The notes under the pieces: generated by a model
Told to the model about the DNA's origin: nothing
Seen by the model: only the letters and a program-made list of their open reading frames with translations
Databases searched by the model: none
Translations under genes and position numbers: made by a program
Origin: Rhabdothermincola salaria
Lineage (GTDB): Bacteria; Actinomycetota; Acidimicrobiia; Acidimicrobiales; Acidimicrobilacustridaceae
Direction of reading: 5' to 3'
DNA length: 64,000 bases
Assembly: GCF_021246445.1 (NCBI RefSeq)
Contig: NZ_JAJQXW010000005.1
Location: 124,001-188,000, forward strand
In this document: piece after piece, positions 8,851 to 19,341 of the stretch
How positions within the stretch are numbered: the first letter of the stretch is position 1
Layout of the letters: the number at the start of each line of letters is the position of its first letter

Positions 8851-10703
8851 CCGCCACCCACACCGTCACCTCGGTGGCCGGCCCCGCGTTGGAGTCCGAT
8901 CTCGAGCCCACCCTTCCGGCGGTGCTGGTGCGCCGAGCCCGGGAGACCCCGAACGGCCTGGCCCTGCGCAAGAAGCAGCTCGGCCGGTGGAAGTCCTACA
9001 CCTGGCGCGGCTACGCCGAGCGCACCGCGGTGGCCGCGGCCGGCCTCGAGAAGCTGGGCGTCGGGCCCGGCGACCGGGTGGCGGTGCTCTCGGAGAACCG
9101 GCCGGCCTGGGTGTTCGTCGACCTGGCGGTGCAGGCCCTGGGGGGCGTCACCGTGGGCATCTACCCGACCTCCCCGGCCGCCGAGCTCGAGTACCTCCTC
9201 GACCACAGCGGGGCCACCGTGCTCGTGGCCGAGGACGAAGAGCAGGTCGACAAGTACCTCGAGATCCGCGACCGGCTCCCGGGGCTCACCAAGGTCGTCG
9301 TGCTCTCGCCGAGGGGGGTGCACGCCATCGCCGGCGACCCGGCCCTCATGACCTACGCCGCCCTCGAAGAACTGGGGCGGGGCGCCACCGTCGACGACCT
9401 GGAAGCCCGAGCCGATCGGGTCGACCCGAGCGCCACGGCGATCATCGTCTACACCTCCGGCACCACCGGCCCGCCCAAGGGGGCGATGCTGTCGCACACC
9501 AACCTCACCGTGGCGGCCGCTGCGGCCAAGGCCCAGTTCTCGGTCGACGCCCGCAGCGAGGTGCTCTCCTACCTGCCGTTGTGCCATGTGGCCGAGCGCC
9601 TCATCTCGGTGATGGGGGCCCTGGGGGCGGGCTACGTCGTGAACTTCGGCGAGGGCGGCGACGCCTTCGCAGGTGAGCTGCGCGAGGTCCAGCCCACCTT
9701 CTTCCTCGGGGTGCCGCGCATCTGGGAGAAGATGATGGCCTCGGTGGAGATCCGGATGGCCGACGCCAGTCGGATCAAGCGGGCCACCTACGCCTTCTGG
9801 ACCACGCGCGGCGCCCGGCTGGCCGAACGTCGCCTGGCGGGCAAGCTCGGCGTGGGCGGGCGCTTCGTCTACGGCTTGGGCTGGCTGTTGCTCTATCGGC
9901 CGCTGCGCAAGAAGCTGGGCTTGTTGCGGGTCACCGACGCGTTGTCCGGCGCCGCGCCCATCTCTCCGGAGGTGTTGCGCTTCTTCTGGTCGCTCGGGGT
10001 ACCGGTGCGCGAGGGCTACGGCCAGACCGAGAACACCGCCCAGGCCACCCTCACGCCGCCCGACGACGTGCGGATCGGCACGGTGGGCCTCCCGGTGCCG
10101 GGCAGCGAGATCCGCATCGCCGAGGACGGCGAGATCCTCACCCGGGGCCCCGGCACCTTCCAGGGCTACTACCGCAACCCCGAGGCCACTGCCGACACGC
10201 TCGACGCCGATGGCTGGCTGCACACCGGCGACGTGGGGGTGCTCGACGCCGACGGCCATCTCAGCATCACCGACCGCAAGAAGGACATCATCATCACCGC
10301 CGGCGGCAAGAACGTGTCCCCGTCGGAGATCGAGAACCGGCTGAAGGTCTCGCCGTACGTCCGTGAGGCGATCGTCATCGGCGACCAGCGCAAGTACCTC
10401 ACTGCGCTCATCGGCATCGAGACCGACACGGTGGCCAACTGGGCCCAGCAACACCGGATCGTGTTCACCACCTACGAGGACCTCTCGTCCAAGCCCGAGG
10501 TGGTCGAGCTGGTGCGGGCCTGGGTCGACGAGGTCAACCTCGACCTCGCCCAGGTCGAGACCATCAAGGCGTTCCGCCTGCTGCCCAAGGAGCTCGACCA
10601 GGAGGACGGGGAGATCACCGCCACGGCCAAGGTGAAACGCAAGGCGATCGCCGAGGAGTTCTCGAACCTCATCGAGTCCATGTACGGCGCGGGGGAGGCC
10701 TGA
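8847..10703 (+). CDS. Long-chain fatty acyl-CoA synthetase (AMP-binding)
   Basis: YTSGTTGPPKG, EGYGQTE, WLHTGDVG, DRKKDIIITAGGKN. Confidence 0.92.
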   Translation: MTATHTVTSVAGPALESDLEPTLPAVLVRRARETPNGLALRKKQLGRWKSYTWRGYAERTAVAAAGLEKLGVGPGDRVAVLSENRPAWVFVDLAVQALGGVTVGIYPTSPAAELEYLLDHSGATVLVAEDEEQVDKYLEIRDRLPGLTKVVVLSPRGVHAIAGDPALMTYAALEELGRGATVDDLEARADRVDPSATAIIVYTSGTTGPPKGAMLSHTNLTVAAAAAKAQFSVDARSEVLSYLPLCHVAERLISVMGALGAGYVVNFGEGGDAFAGELREVQPTFFLGVPRIWEKMMASVEIRMADASRIKRATYAFWTTRGARLAERRLAGKLGVGGRFVYGLGWLLLYRPLRKKLGLLRVTDALSGAAPISPEVLRFFWSLGVPVREGYGQTENTAQATLTPPDDVRIGTVGLPVPGSEIRIAEDGEILTRGPGTFQGYYRNPEATADTLDADGWLHTGDVGVLDADGHLSITDRKKDIIITAGGKNVSPSEIENRLKVSPYVREAIVIGDQRKYLTALIGIETDTVANWAQQHRIVFTTYEDLSSKPEVVELVRAWVDEVNLDLAQVETIKAFRLLPKELDQEDGEITATAKVKRKAIAEEFSNLIESMYGAGEA

Positions 10704-11602
10704 TGGAGGAGTTCCTCCAGTTCGTGCTCTCGGGCATCGCCCTGGGCTTCAAGTACGCCCTGGTGGCCCTGGGGTTCGTCATCATCTTCAAGGCCACCAG
10801 CGTCATCAACTTCGCCCAGGGCGGCTTCGTGATGCTCGGGGCCTACTTCACCTACAACTTCGGCACCACGTGGGGTCTGCCGTTCTGGTTGGCCGTCATC
10901 ATGGCCATGGTCGCCACCGGCCTGGTGGGCATGGTGCTCGAACGCCTCGTGCTGCGCCGCATGGTGGGCCAGCCGCCGTTCGCCCTCATCATGATCACCG
11001 TCGGGCTTCTGTTCGTGATCCAGGAGGTGGTCACCACCATCTGGGGCTTCGACAACCTCAACCTGGGCGACCCGTGGGGGGTCGACGTCGTGAACATCGG
11101 ATCCCTCGTCATCTCGGTGTCCGACATCTGGACCATCGTCCTCGGCCTCGTGGTGGTGGCCGCGTTCTTCGCCTTCTTCCGCTTCTCCAGGTTGGGTCTG
11201 GCCATGCGGGCCACCGCCCTCGACCAGGAGGCGGCCCTCGCCCAGGGCATGAGCGCCAAGAAGGTGTGGGCCATCTCGTGGGCCATCGCCGGCGCCGTGG
11301 CCGCCCTGGCCGGGGTGACCATCGCTTCCGGGGCCGGCAACCTCAGTCCTCAGGTGCAGTTCATCGCCCTCTTGGCCTTCCCCGCCATCATCCTCGGCGG
11401 TGTCGACTCCCCGGGCGGGGCCATCGTCGGCGGGGTCATCATCGGCGTCACCCAGACCCTCACCGCCGGCTACCAGAAGGACATCGGCCTGGCCTGGCTC
11501 GGTGAGGGGTTCCAGTCGGTGATGCCCTACGTGGTGATGCTCGTCATCTTGTTGGTACGGCCCTACGGCCTTTTCGGGACGAAGGAGGTGAAGCGGGTCT
11601 GA
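10703..11602 (+). CDS. ABC transporter permease (LivH-like)
   Basis: 'VINFAQG', 'GLAMRATA', multiple TM, 'VRPYGLFG'. Confidence 0.9.
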   Translation: MEEFLQFVLSGIALGFKYALVALGFVIIFKATSVINFAQGGFVMLGAYFTYNFGTTWGLPFWLAVIMAMVATGLVGMVLERLVLRRMVGQPPFALIMITVGLLFVIQEVVTTIWGFDNLNLGDPWGVDVVNIGSLVISVSDIWTIVLGLVVVAAFFAFFRFSRLGLAMRATALDQEAALAQGMSAKKVWAISWAIAGAVAALAGVTIASGAGNLSPQVQFIALLAFPAIILGGVDSPGGAIVGGVIIGVTQTLTAGYQKDIGLAWLGEGFQSVMPYVVMLVILLVRPYGLFGTKEVKRV

Positions 11603-12723
11603 TGGCTGCCATCCGACGTCGCCGCAGTCCGGAGATGGTCACCGAGTACGCCGACGATGTCGGCCTGTTCAAGACCCGCGGCTTCCAGATCGGGATGCTG
11701 TTGCTGCTGGTGGCCTACCTGGCCGTCCCCAACACCCTCGACGACTTCTGGATCGGGGTGCTCAACTACTGCGCCTTCTTCGCCATCGGGGGCATCGGCC
11801 TCAACCTGCTCACCGGGTACACCGGGCAGGTCTCGTTGGGCCACGCCTTCTTCGTCGGTGTGGGGGCCTACTCGGCCGCCTGGTTCGGCGGCCAACAGGG
11901 GTGGCCCATGCTGCTGTGGCTGCCCATGGCCGCGCTGATCGGCGGGGCGCTGGGGGCGCTCATCGGGCCGGTCGCCCTCCGCCTGCACGGGAACTACCTG
12001 GCCATCGTGACGCTCGGGTTGCTGTTCCTCGGCGAGCACATCTTCATCGAGTGGGACTCCGTCACCGGCGGCAGTCGCGGTACCCAGGTCGACGCGTCGC
12101 TCGCCGTCGGTCCGCTCGACTTCACCGCCCTCGAGCTCTTCGGCACCACCTTCAGCCGGGAGCAAGGCGTGTTCTGGCTGTTGTGGGCGGTCGTGGGCAT
12201 CTGTGCCCTCATCGCCAAGAACGTGGTGCGCACCCGTCCGGGGCGGGCCATGCAGGCCATCCGCGACCGCGACGTCGCCGCCGAGGTGGTCGGTGTGTCG
12301 CTCGTGCGCTACAAGGTGGGTGCCTTCGCCATCTCCTCGGCCATGGCCGCCGTGGCTGGCGCCTTCTACGGCGCCGCCATCCAGCGCTACGTCTCGCCGG
12401 TCGAGTTCGGCGGCACGTTCGGGTTGATCCTGTCGATCACGTTCGTGGCCGTCATCATCGTGGGGGGCATGGGCACCGTGTTCGGCTCCATCCTCGGGGC
12501 GTTGGTGGTGGGTGCCCTGCCCCGCATCATCCAGGAGTACAGCGGAGACATCCCGTTCCTGCAGACCTCGCCCACCAGCGACGGGATCCTCAGCGTGGCG
12601 TCGTTCAACAACATGTTGTTCGGGGCGCTCATCATCGTCTTCTTGTTGGTCGAGCCCCGGGGTCTGGCCGCGCTCTGGTTGCGGGCCAAGGCCTGGTTCA
12701 AGTTCTGGCCGTTCTCGTACTGA
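11602..12723 (+). CDS. ABC transporter permease (LivM-like)
   Basis: 'GYTGQVSLGHAFF', 'GNYLAIVTL', 'GRAMQAIRD', 'IIVGGMGT'. Confidence 0.9.
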   Translation: MAAIRRRRSPEMVTEYADDVGLFKTRGFQIGMLLLLVAYLAVPNTLDDFWIGVLNYCAFFAIGGIGLNLLTGYTGQVSLGHAFFVGVGAYSAAWFGGQQGWPMLLWLPMAALIGGALGALIGPVALRLHGNYLAIVTLGLLFLGEHIFIEWDSVTGGSRGTQVDASLAVGPLDFTALELFGTTFSREQGVFWLLWAVVGICALIAKNVVRTRPGRAMQAIRDRDVAAEVVGVSLVRYKVGAFAISSAMAAVAGAFYGAAIQRYVSPVEFGGTFGLILSITFVAVIIVGGMGTVFGSILGALVVGALPRIIQEYSGDIPFLQTSPTSDGILSVASFNNMLFGALIIVFLLVEPRGLAALWLRAKAWFKFWPFSY

Positions 12724-12862
12724 TCTCCATCGCGGTCGCATTGATCGCACCGTTCTGACCGGGGCGGTCTCCGGCCCACCGCCGGGATCGCCCCGTTCAC
12801 CAGATGCTCCTCGGCGCCGAGGCGGGGAGGAGCTCCCACACACCCATCAAGGGGGAAGCAAC

Positions 12863-14161
12863 ATGCGACACCGCAGGATCATCCGCTTGGCGGCGGTGGT
12901 CATGGCCCTGGGCCTGATCGCAGCCGGCTGCCGCGGCAGCGACAACGACGACGCCGAGTCAGCCACCACCACGGCCGAGGGCGGGGGCGGCGAGGAGACG
13001 AGCGAGGTCACCCCCGGCCCGGGCTTCGACGGCACCAACATCAGCCTGGGTGTGCTCACCCCGCAGACCGGCGCCGCGGCCGTCATCGGCAACCCCCTCA
13101 CCCAGGGCAACGAGGTCTTCTTCCAGGGCCTCAACGCCTCCGGGGGCATCGCCGGGCAGTACCCGGTGAGCCTCGAGGTGCTCGACACCAAGTACGAGCC
13201 GCCCACCGCGGTGCAGCAGTACCAGGCCTCCAAGGGCGACGTGGCGGCCTTCTTGCAGGTGCTGGGCACCCCCGTCGTCGACGCGCTGCTGCCGCAGCTC
13301 GAGACCGACGAGATGCTCGCCGGGCCGGCTTCGCTCGACGCCTTCTGGGTGCGCGAGCCCAACCTCATGCCCATCGGTGGCCCCTACCAGGTGCAGGTCA
13401 TCAACGGCATCGACTACGCCATGCGCGAGCTCGACGCGGCCGACAAGACCATCTGCGCCCTCACCAAGGACGACCCCTACGGCGAGACCGGCCTGGCCGG
13501 GCTGGAGTTCGCCGCCGAGGAGATGGACTTCGAGATCGCGGCCACGGCCACCTTCCGCCAAGGGGACCAGAACTTCACCGCGCCCATCAGCCAGCTGAAG
13601 GGTGCCGGGTGCGAGATCACGGTGTTCGTGGCCCTGCCCAACGAGACCAGCCCCATCCTCTCGGAGGCCGTGGCCCAGGAGTTCGCCCCGATGTGGTTGG
13701 CCGCTTCGCCCACCTGGGTGAGCGCGTTCGCCGGGTCGGCCCTGGCTCCCTACCTGCAGGAGAACTTCCTGCTCATCTCCGAGGGTCCGGAGTGGGGTGA
13801 CACCTCCAACCCGGGCATGGCCAAGATGCTCGAGGACATCGCCGCCTACGCACCGGACCAGACGCCGGACATCTACTTCCAGTTCGGCTACGCCCAGGCG
13901 TGGGCCATGGCCCAGATCCTGGAGCAGGCCGTCGAGGACGGGGATCTCTCCCCGGCCGGCATCGTGGCCGCAGCCCAGACGATCGAGATGCTCACGTTCG
14001 AGGAGCTCACCGGCGACTACGCCTACGGTCCGGTCGAGGACCGTGACCCGCCCCGGACCTCGACGATCAACGCCATCGATCCGAGCATCCCCGGCGGTCT
14101 GACGGCCCTCGAGGTCGACGTCGCCTCCGAGGCGGCCGAGGCCTACCAGTTCGACGGCTGA
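12863..14161 (+). CDS. ABC transporter substrate-binding lipoprotein (Leu/Ile/Val-binding fold)
   Basis: Signal peptide with lipobox LIAAGC; 'LNASGGIAG', 'DTKYEP', 'DDPYG'. Confidence 0.88.
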   Translation: MRHRRIIRLAAVVMALGLIAAGCRGSDNDDAESATTTAEGGGGEETSEVTPGPGFDGTNISLGVLTPQTGAAAVIGNPLTQGNEVFFQGLNASGGIAGQYPVSLEVLDTKYEPPTAVQQYQASKGDVAAFLQVLGTPVVDALLPQLETDEMLAGPASLDAFWVREPNLMPIGGPYQVQVINGIDYAMRELDAADKTICALTKDDPYGETGLAGLEFAAEEMDFEIAATATFRQGDQNFTAPISQLKGAGCEITVFVALPNETSPILSEAVAQEFAPMWLAASPTWVSAFAGSALAPYLQENFLLISEGPEWGDTSNPGMAKMLEDIAAYAPDQTPDIYFQFGYAQAWAMAQILEQAVEDGDLSPAGIVAAAQTIEMLTFEELTGDYAYGPVEDRDPPRTSTINAIDPSIPGGLTALEVDVASEAAEAYQFDG

Positions 14162-14248
14162 TCCGTCGACGTGCGATGACCCGATGGCCGGCCTCCCCGA
14201 GCGGGGGCCGGCCATCGGCGCGTCGCCCGTCGGTCGCCGACCGGTGGC

Positions 14249-14911
14249 TCAGGCGGTGAGGTCCTCGGCAGCCTGGCGGACCTGCCAGTCGCGGTCCTCG
14301 AGCGCCCGAGCCAGGGCGGCATCGACCTCGGCTCCGTCGAAGGGTGCCAGCGCGATCACCGCCCGACGGCGGACGGTGGCCTTGTCGCGGGTGGCGGCGA
14401 GGATGGCGGGCAGGCCGCTTGCGTCGCCCACCGCACCGAGGGCCGCCACCGCCGCCTCCCGGCACAGGGCATCGGGGTGGTCGGTGGCCATGGTGGCCAG
14501 CCGGGCCACGACGGGTCCGTCGCCGGCCGGGCGTTCGCCGAGGGCGAAGGCGGCGGTCTCGGCCACGGTGGCGTCGTCGTCCTCCAACAGCTCCAGCAGG
14601 GCGGCGGTGACCGACGCGTCGTCGAGGAGGGCCCGGGCGGCTTCGTCGGCTGCTCTCCGGCGCACCCCGGCGTCGGGGTCGGCGGCGGCGGCCAGGAGCT
14701 CCGATGGCGAGATCGCCTCGAGGCGCACCAGCGCGCCCAGCGCGATGGCGCGGACCCCGGGATCGTCGTCGAGGAGCAGGGCTCGGGCCTCGTCGCGGTC
14801 GCCGCGGTGGCCGGCGAGGGCGGCTCTCCGTCGACGTCGGAGGTGGTCGGCTAGCGTCCGCTCCGCCGGGAGGTGCCCGGTGGAGGCCGGTCCGATGGCG
14901 GGGTCGGGCAT
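14249..14911 (-). CDS. HEAT repeat protein
   Basis: Repeated 'DDDPGVRAIALGAL', 'DPDAGVRRRAA', 'LEDRDWQVRQAA'. Confidence 0.82.
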   Translation of the reverse strand: MPDPAIGPASTGHLPAERTLADHLRRRRRAALAGHRGDRDEARALLLDDDPGVRAIALGALVRLEAISPSELLAAAADPDAGVRRRAADEAARALLDDASVTAALLELLEDDDATVAETAAFALGERPAGDGPVVARLATMATDHPDALCREAAVAALGAVGDASGLPAILAATRDKATVRRRAVIALAPFDGAEVDAALARALEDRDWQVRQAAEDLTA

Positions 14912-14929
14912 CCCCGTAGTGGATCACGT

Positions 14930-15550
14930 ATGACCGAACGACGCCCACCCACCAAACGCCAGCTCCAAGCCGCCGAGACCCGTGGGCGGATGCTCGCGGC
15001 CGCGGCCGTGGTGTTCGCCCGCCAGGGCTACCGGGCCACGACCGTCGGCGCCATCACCGGGGAGGCCAGCACCGCCCACGGCACGTTCTACCTCTACTTC
15101 CGCAACAAGGACGACGCGCTCATCCAGGTCCTGCAGGCCGTCACCGATCGGGTGCTGGTGCGCCCCGAGGTGGCCCCCGACGCCGGCCGCCGCGACCGCA
15201 TCGAGGTCATGGTGCGCGGCTACGTGGGAGCCCTGGCCGCCAACCCGGGCCTGTACCGGGCGTTGCTCGAGGGGATGCTGTCGAGCCCGCTCATCGAGCG
15301 GGTGTGGCTCGACATGCGCGAGGAGTTCGTGTCCCGCATCAGCGCCGGCATCGATCGGGTGGTGGCGCGGGGCGAGATGCGTCCGGTCGCCGACAGCGGC
15401 CAGGCCGCCCGGGCACTGGTGTCGATGTGCGAGTGGCACGCGTTCGTGGCGCTCGGCCTGGGCCACGAGGCGCCCACCGAGGCCATGGTGGAGCAGGCCA
15501 TCGGCACCGTCACCGAGCTGTGGGCCCGCGCCACGTGGGGCACGGCGTAG
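14930..15550 (+). CDS. TetR/AcrR family transcriptional regulator
   Basis: 'AAAVVFARQGYRATTVGAI...AHGTFYLYFRNKDD' HTH. Confidence 0.9.
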   Translation: MTERRPPTKRQLQAAETRGRMLAAAAVVFARQGYRATTVGAITGEASTAHGTFYLYFRNKDDALIQVLQAVTDRVLVRPEVAPDAGRRDRIEVMVRGYVGALAANPGLYRALLEGMLSSPLIERVWLDMREEFVSRISAGIDRVVARGEMRPVADSGQAARALVSMCEWHAFVALGLGHEAPTEAMVEQAIGTVTELWARATWGTA

Positions 15551-15626
15551 GGGACCCTGGTGCCCGGCCGTCCCCTCCGGCTCCGCCAGTGGGACGGCGG
15601 CCGGCGGGGTCGGGAAGCGTCGCCGA

Positions 15627-15803
15627 TCAGAGGGCGTTGTTGAGCACGATGACGCTGACGAGCACGAGCAGGGTGATGACGATCGCGGCGACCACGCCGA
15701 GCACGGCGAGCAGGGCGACCAGCCCGACGGCGGAACGGACGCGCCGGCTGGCTGGTGGGGCGATGCGGGCGGTACTGGCTTCGAAGCTGTCGTCGGTGGT
15801 CAC
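15627..15803 (-). CDS. Small membrane protein
   Basis: GTG start after GGGAGAG; C-terminal hydrophobic helix. Confidence 0.5.
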   Translation of the reverse strand: MTTDDSFEASTARIAPPASRRVRSAVGLVALLAVLGVVAAIVITLLVLVSVIVLNNAL

Positions 15804-15888
15804 GGCTCTCCCGTTGCATCCCGCGCCGTGGAAGGAGGAGTCGACCGTGGCAGGCTGAGCGCCACCATCGCCCGGAAGCCCTCTACCC

Positions 15889-17046
15889 ATGGACACCGTC
15901 GAGTCGACTCTACCGCCCCCCTGGCCCCCCGCCGGTGGCGAACCGCCGGCCGGTGACCCGCGGGCGGGTTCGGCCGACGAGCCCCGCCCGAAGTGGTCGC
16001 CCCGCCGCAAGTGGGTGGTGGGGTCGCTGGCGGTCGCGGTCGTGGGGCTGTTGTCGGGGGCGGTCTTCTGGCGGCTGCCCTACTACACGTTGTCGCCCGG
16101 CGCCGTCCGCGACACCGAGAGCTTCATCGCCGTCGAGGGGACGGAGACCTTCGTCGACGACGCGGGGACCATCAGCTACCTCACCGTGTCGGTGAAGCAG
16201 GCCACCCCGTTGGAGGTGTTGGCTGCCTGGATCGACCCGGCGGTGGAGGTGGTGGAGGCGGAGAGGATCCTCGGCGACCAGACGCCTCAGGAGAACCGTG
16301 AGCTCAACCTGCAGCTCATGGCCGGGTCCAAGGACTCGGCCACCTACCAGGCGTTGAGCCGCATGGGCTACGACATCCCGACCGACGGCACGGGTGCCGT
16401 GGTGGCGTCGGTGGCCGACGACGTGCCGGCGGCGGCCGTGCTCACCCGTGGTGACACCATCGTCAGCGTCGATGGCGAGTCGGTGGCGTTGAGCGACGAG
16501 CTGATCGATGCCCTCTCGACCCGGTCCCCGGGCGACGTGGTCGAGCTCGGCGTGCAGGCCCTCGACAGCGACGACACCCGAGTGGAGGCGGTCGAGCTGG
16601 TGGGCCGCCCCGACGACCCGAGCCAGCCCATGCTCGGCATCACCACGTTCACCCGGGACCTCAGCTTCGACTTCCCCGTCGACGTCACCATCGACTCCGG
16701 TCGGGTGGGCGGGCCGTCGGCGGGGTTGGCGTTCACCCTCGGCATCCTCGACGCCCTCACGCCGGACAGCGTGACCGGCGGGACGAAGGTGGCCACCACG
16801 GGCACGATGGAGCTCGACGGGCAGGTGGGGCCGGTCGGCGGCGTGCACCAGAAGGTGGTGGCTGCCCGGCGGGCCGGCGTCGACCTCATGATGGTGCCGG
16901 CCGCCGAGATCGACGAGGCCCGTCGCTACGCCGACGGGTTGCGCGTGGAGCCGGTCGAGGACCTCGACGACGCCTTGGCCGTGCTGGCCACCGTCGGTGG
17001 GGGCGATGCCGTGCTGCCCGCCGAAGCGGTGAGCACCCCGTCGTGA
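15889..17046 (+). CDS. PDZ domain/Lon-like (S16) protease, YlbL family
   Basis: N-terminal TM; 'GGPSAGLAF', 'ATTGTM...VGPVGGVHQK' Ser-Lys dyad. Confidence 0.9.
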   Translation: MDTVESTLPPPWPPAGGEPPAGDPRAGSADEPRPKWSPRRKWVVGSLAVAVVGLLSGAVFWRLPYYTLSPGAVRDTESFIAVEGTETFVDDAGTISYLTVSVKQATPLEVLAAWIDPAVEVVEAERILGDQTPQENRELNLQLMAGSKDSATYQALSRMGYDIPTDGTGAVVASVADDVPAAAVLTRGDTIVSVDGESVALSDELIDALSTRSPGDVVELGVQALDSDDTRVEAVELVGRPDDPSQPMLGITTFTRDLSFDFPVDVTIDSGRVGGPSAGLAFTLGILDALTPDSVTGGTKVATTGTMELDGQVGPVGGVHQKVVAARRAGVDLMMVPAAEIDEARRYADGLRVEPVEDLDDALAVLATVGGGDAVLPAEAVSTPS

Positions 17047-17116
17047 TGCGGCCAAGGGTGTAGGTCCGGCCCGAGGGGTCACCGAGGGCGAGAGGTCCGC
17101 TCGGTACCATCCGCTC

Positions 17117-19273
17117 GTGGCCCAGGACTCGAGCGCTCCCATCGACCCCGACGACATCATCAAGCAGTCGTTCACCACGGTGCGGCGGGGGCTCGACCCC
17201 CTCGAGGTCCAGCGCTACCTGCTCGACCTGGCCAACCAGATGCGGGCCGCCCGCGAGCGCGAACGAGCGCTCGAAGGCCAGCTCCGCGACGCCGAGAAGC
17301 GGGCCACGCCCATCGACCAGCTCGACCCCAGCCGGCTGACCGCGCTGCTCGGCGAGGAGACGGCACGCGTGCTCGACGCCGCTCGGGCGGCGGCGTCGGA
17401 GATCCGGGCCAAGGCCGAGGAGAACGTGGCTCGTCTGTTGCGAGAGGCGCGCGACGAGGCCCAGCGGATGCGAGCCGATGCCGAGAGCATCCTGGTGGAG
17501 CGCACCGAGGAGGCCGAGGCGGAGGTGGCCCGCATCCGCGCCACCGCCGACGGGGTGAAGGAGCAGGCCGAGCTCGATGCCGACAGCCTGCGATCGGCGG
17601 CGGCGGCGTTGCGCGACGAGGCCGAGGCCGAGGCGGCCTCCTTGCGCGACGAGGTGGCCGCCGAGATCGCCGCCCAGCGCGAGGCCGTCGAGGCCGAGGT
17701 GGCCGAACGGCGGGAACGGGGCGAGGAGGACGCCGCCGAGCTCACCGAGGCCGGTCGTCTGGAAGGCCGCGAGATGGTGGCCGAGGCCCAGCGCGTCCGG
17801 CAGCGGATGCTCGACGACCTGGCCCGCCGTCGCAAGCTGCTGCGCCAGCAGATCGAGCAGCTGCAGGCCGGGCGCGACCGGCTCCTCTCCGCGTACGACG
17901 TGGTCCGCCAGACCCTCGACGTGGCCACCGAGGAGCTGCACGTCGCCCTGCCGGAGGCGAAGCTGGCCGCCGAGACGGCCAGCCTGCAGGCGACGGAGGA
18001 CGACGTCGCGTTCGCAGCCGAGGTGGAGGCGGCCAGCCGGGAGGAGGCGGTCGGCGATGAGGGCGAGCAGCCCCCGGTCGGCGACGACGCCGGCGCCGAG
18101 CGCCAGGACCAGGACGCCGATGCGACCGTCGCCGCCGACGCCGAGGCGTCCGACGCAGACGACGCGGGTGGCGGGGACGTGCCGGTCGGCGGCCTCGACG
18201 ACGAGTCCGGGACGGACGACGTCGAGCACGCCCCCGTCGGGTCCGATGAAGCACCCGACGACGCCGAGGGTACGAGCGGGGACGGCGAGGCGACGATCGC
18301 CGAGGAGCCGGCGCCGCCCGTCGACGTCGACGATGGCGACGAGCCGAGCGATACCGACGAGTCGAGCGCCGCCGACGGCGGGCGGCGGGCGCCCGATCCG
18401 AGCGAAGGCCGCCATTCGACCTCCGTGAGGGTCGTGCGGTCCGAGCGGGCCGAGCGCACCGCGGCGGTCTTCGCCCAGGTGCGCGACGACGAGGAAGAGG
18501 CGCCGGGCGCAGCGGTGCTCACCCATCCGGGCGAGACGTCGGCCGGCCCGGGTGCCGGTGAGGCGACCGAAGGGCCCGAGGGGTCCGCGGGCGACGAGGA
18601 CGAGAGACGTGAGGTCCACCCGCTCATCGAGGCTCGCGACCTCGCTGTCGCCGAGCTCGAGCGCAACCTGTCGCGTCGGCTCAAGCGCGACCTGTCCGAC
18701 GAGCAGAACGAGCTGCTCGACGCCGTCCGCCAGGTGAAGGGTTCTCCCGCCGCGGAGACCGTGCTGAGCGCACCCGACGTGCAGGTCGAGCGCTACCGCG
18801 ACCTGGCTCGTCCCCTCCTGGCCGACGCCGCCGAGGCCGGCGCCGAGCTGGCGGGTTCCGAGGGCGGGGGTGAGGTGGCCACCGACGTCGACGAGCTGGC
18901 GGGCGACCTGGCCATGGAGCTGGCGTTGCCGCTGCGTGAACGGCTGGAGCGGTGCTTCGCCGAGGCCGAGGGCGATCCCGACGAGCTCGCCGAGCGCATC
19001 CGGGCCTGCTACCGCGAGTGGAAGTCCCAGCGGGTCGACGGTCCGGCGTCGGCGGCGGTCGTCGCCGCGGCCGACCGGGGCCTGCTCGACGCCCTGGCCG
19101 ACGGCACGCCGGTGCGGTGGGTCGTCGACGATGGCCGCACCGCCTCTCCCGACTGCGAGGACAACGCCCTCGCCGAGGGCGTCGTGAAGGGCGAGCCCTT
19201 CCCGACCGGGCACGTGGCGCCCCCGGTGCACCCGTCGTGCCGTTGCCTGGTCGTGCCCGTGAGCGCCCACTGA
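17117..19273 (+). CDS. DivIVA-domain coiled-coil protein with C-terminal phage minor-head (MuF-like) Cys/His motif
   Basis: 'FTTVRRGLDPLEVQRYL' DivIVA; long coiled coil; acidic linker; 'PDCEDN...PFPTGHVAPPVHPSCRC'. Confidence 0.75.
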   Translation: MAQDSSAPIDPDDIIKQSFTTVRRGLDPLEVQRYLLDLANQMRAARERERALEGQLRDAEKRATPIDQLDPSRLTALLGEETARVLDAARAAASEIRAKAEENVARLLREARDEAQRMRADAESILVERTEEAEAEVARIRATADGVKEQAELDADSLRSAAAALRDEAEAEAASLRDEVAAEIAAQREAVEAEVAERRERGEEDAAELTEAGRLEGREMVAEAQRVRQRMLDDLARRRKLLRQQIEQLQAGRDRLLSAYDVVRQTLDVATEELHVALPEAKLAAETASLQATEDDVAFAAEVEAASREEAVGDEGEQPPVGDDAGAERQDQDADATVAADAEASDADDAGGGDVPVGGLDDESGTDDVEHAPVGSDEAPDDAEGTSGDGEATIAEEPAPPVDVDDGDEPSDTDESSAADGGRRAPDPSEGRHSTSVRVVRSERAERTAAVFAQVRDDEEEAPGAAVLTHPGETSAGPGAGEATEGPEGSAGDEDERREVHPLIEARDLAVAELERNLSRRLKRDLSDEQNELLDAVRQVKGSPAAETVLSAPDVQVERYRDLARPLLADAAEAGAELAGSEGGGEVATDVDELAGDLAMELALPLRERLERCFAEAEGDPDELAERIRACYREWKSQRVDGPASAAVVAAADRGLLDALADGTPVRWVVDDGRTASPDCEDNALAEGVVKGEPFPTGHVAPPVHPSCRCLVVPVSAH

Positions 19274-19341
19274 GGGCTTTCGGCACCCGAACGGTCGCCC
19301 CGCTCCTACGGCGGCGGGATTCACCCATAGGCTGACCGGCG

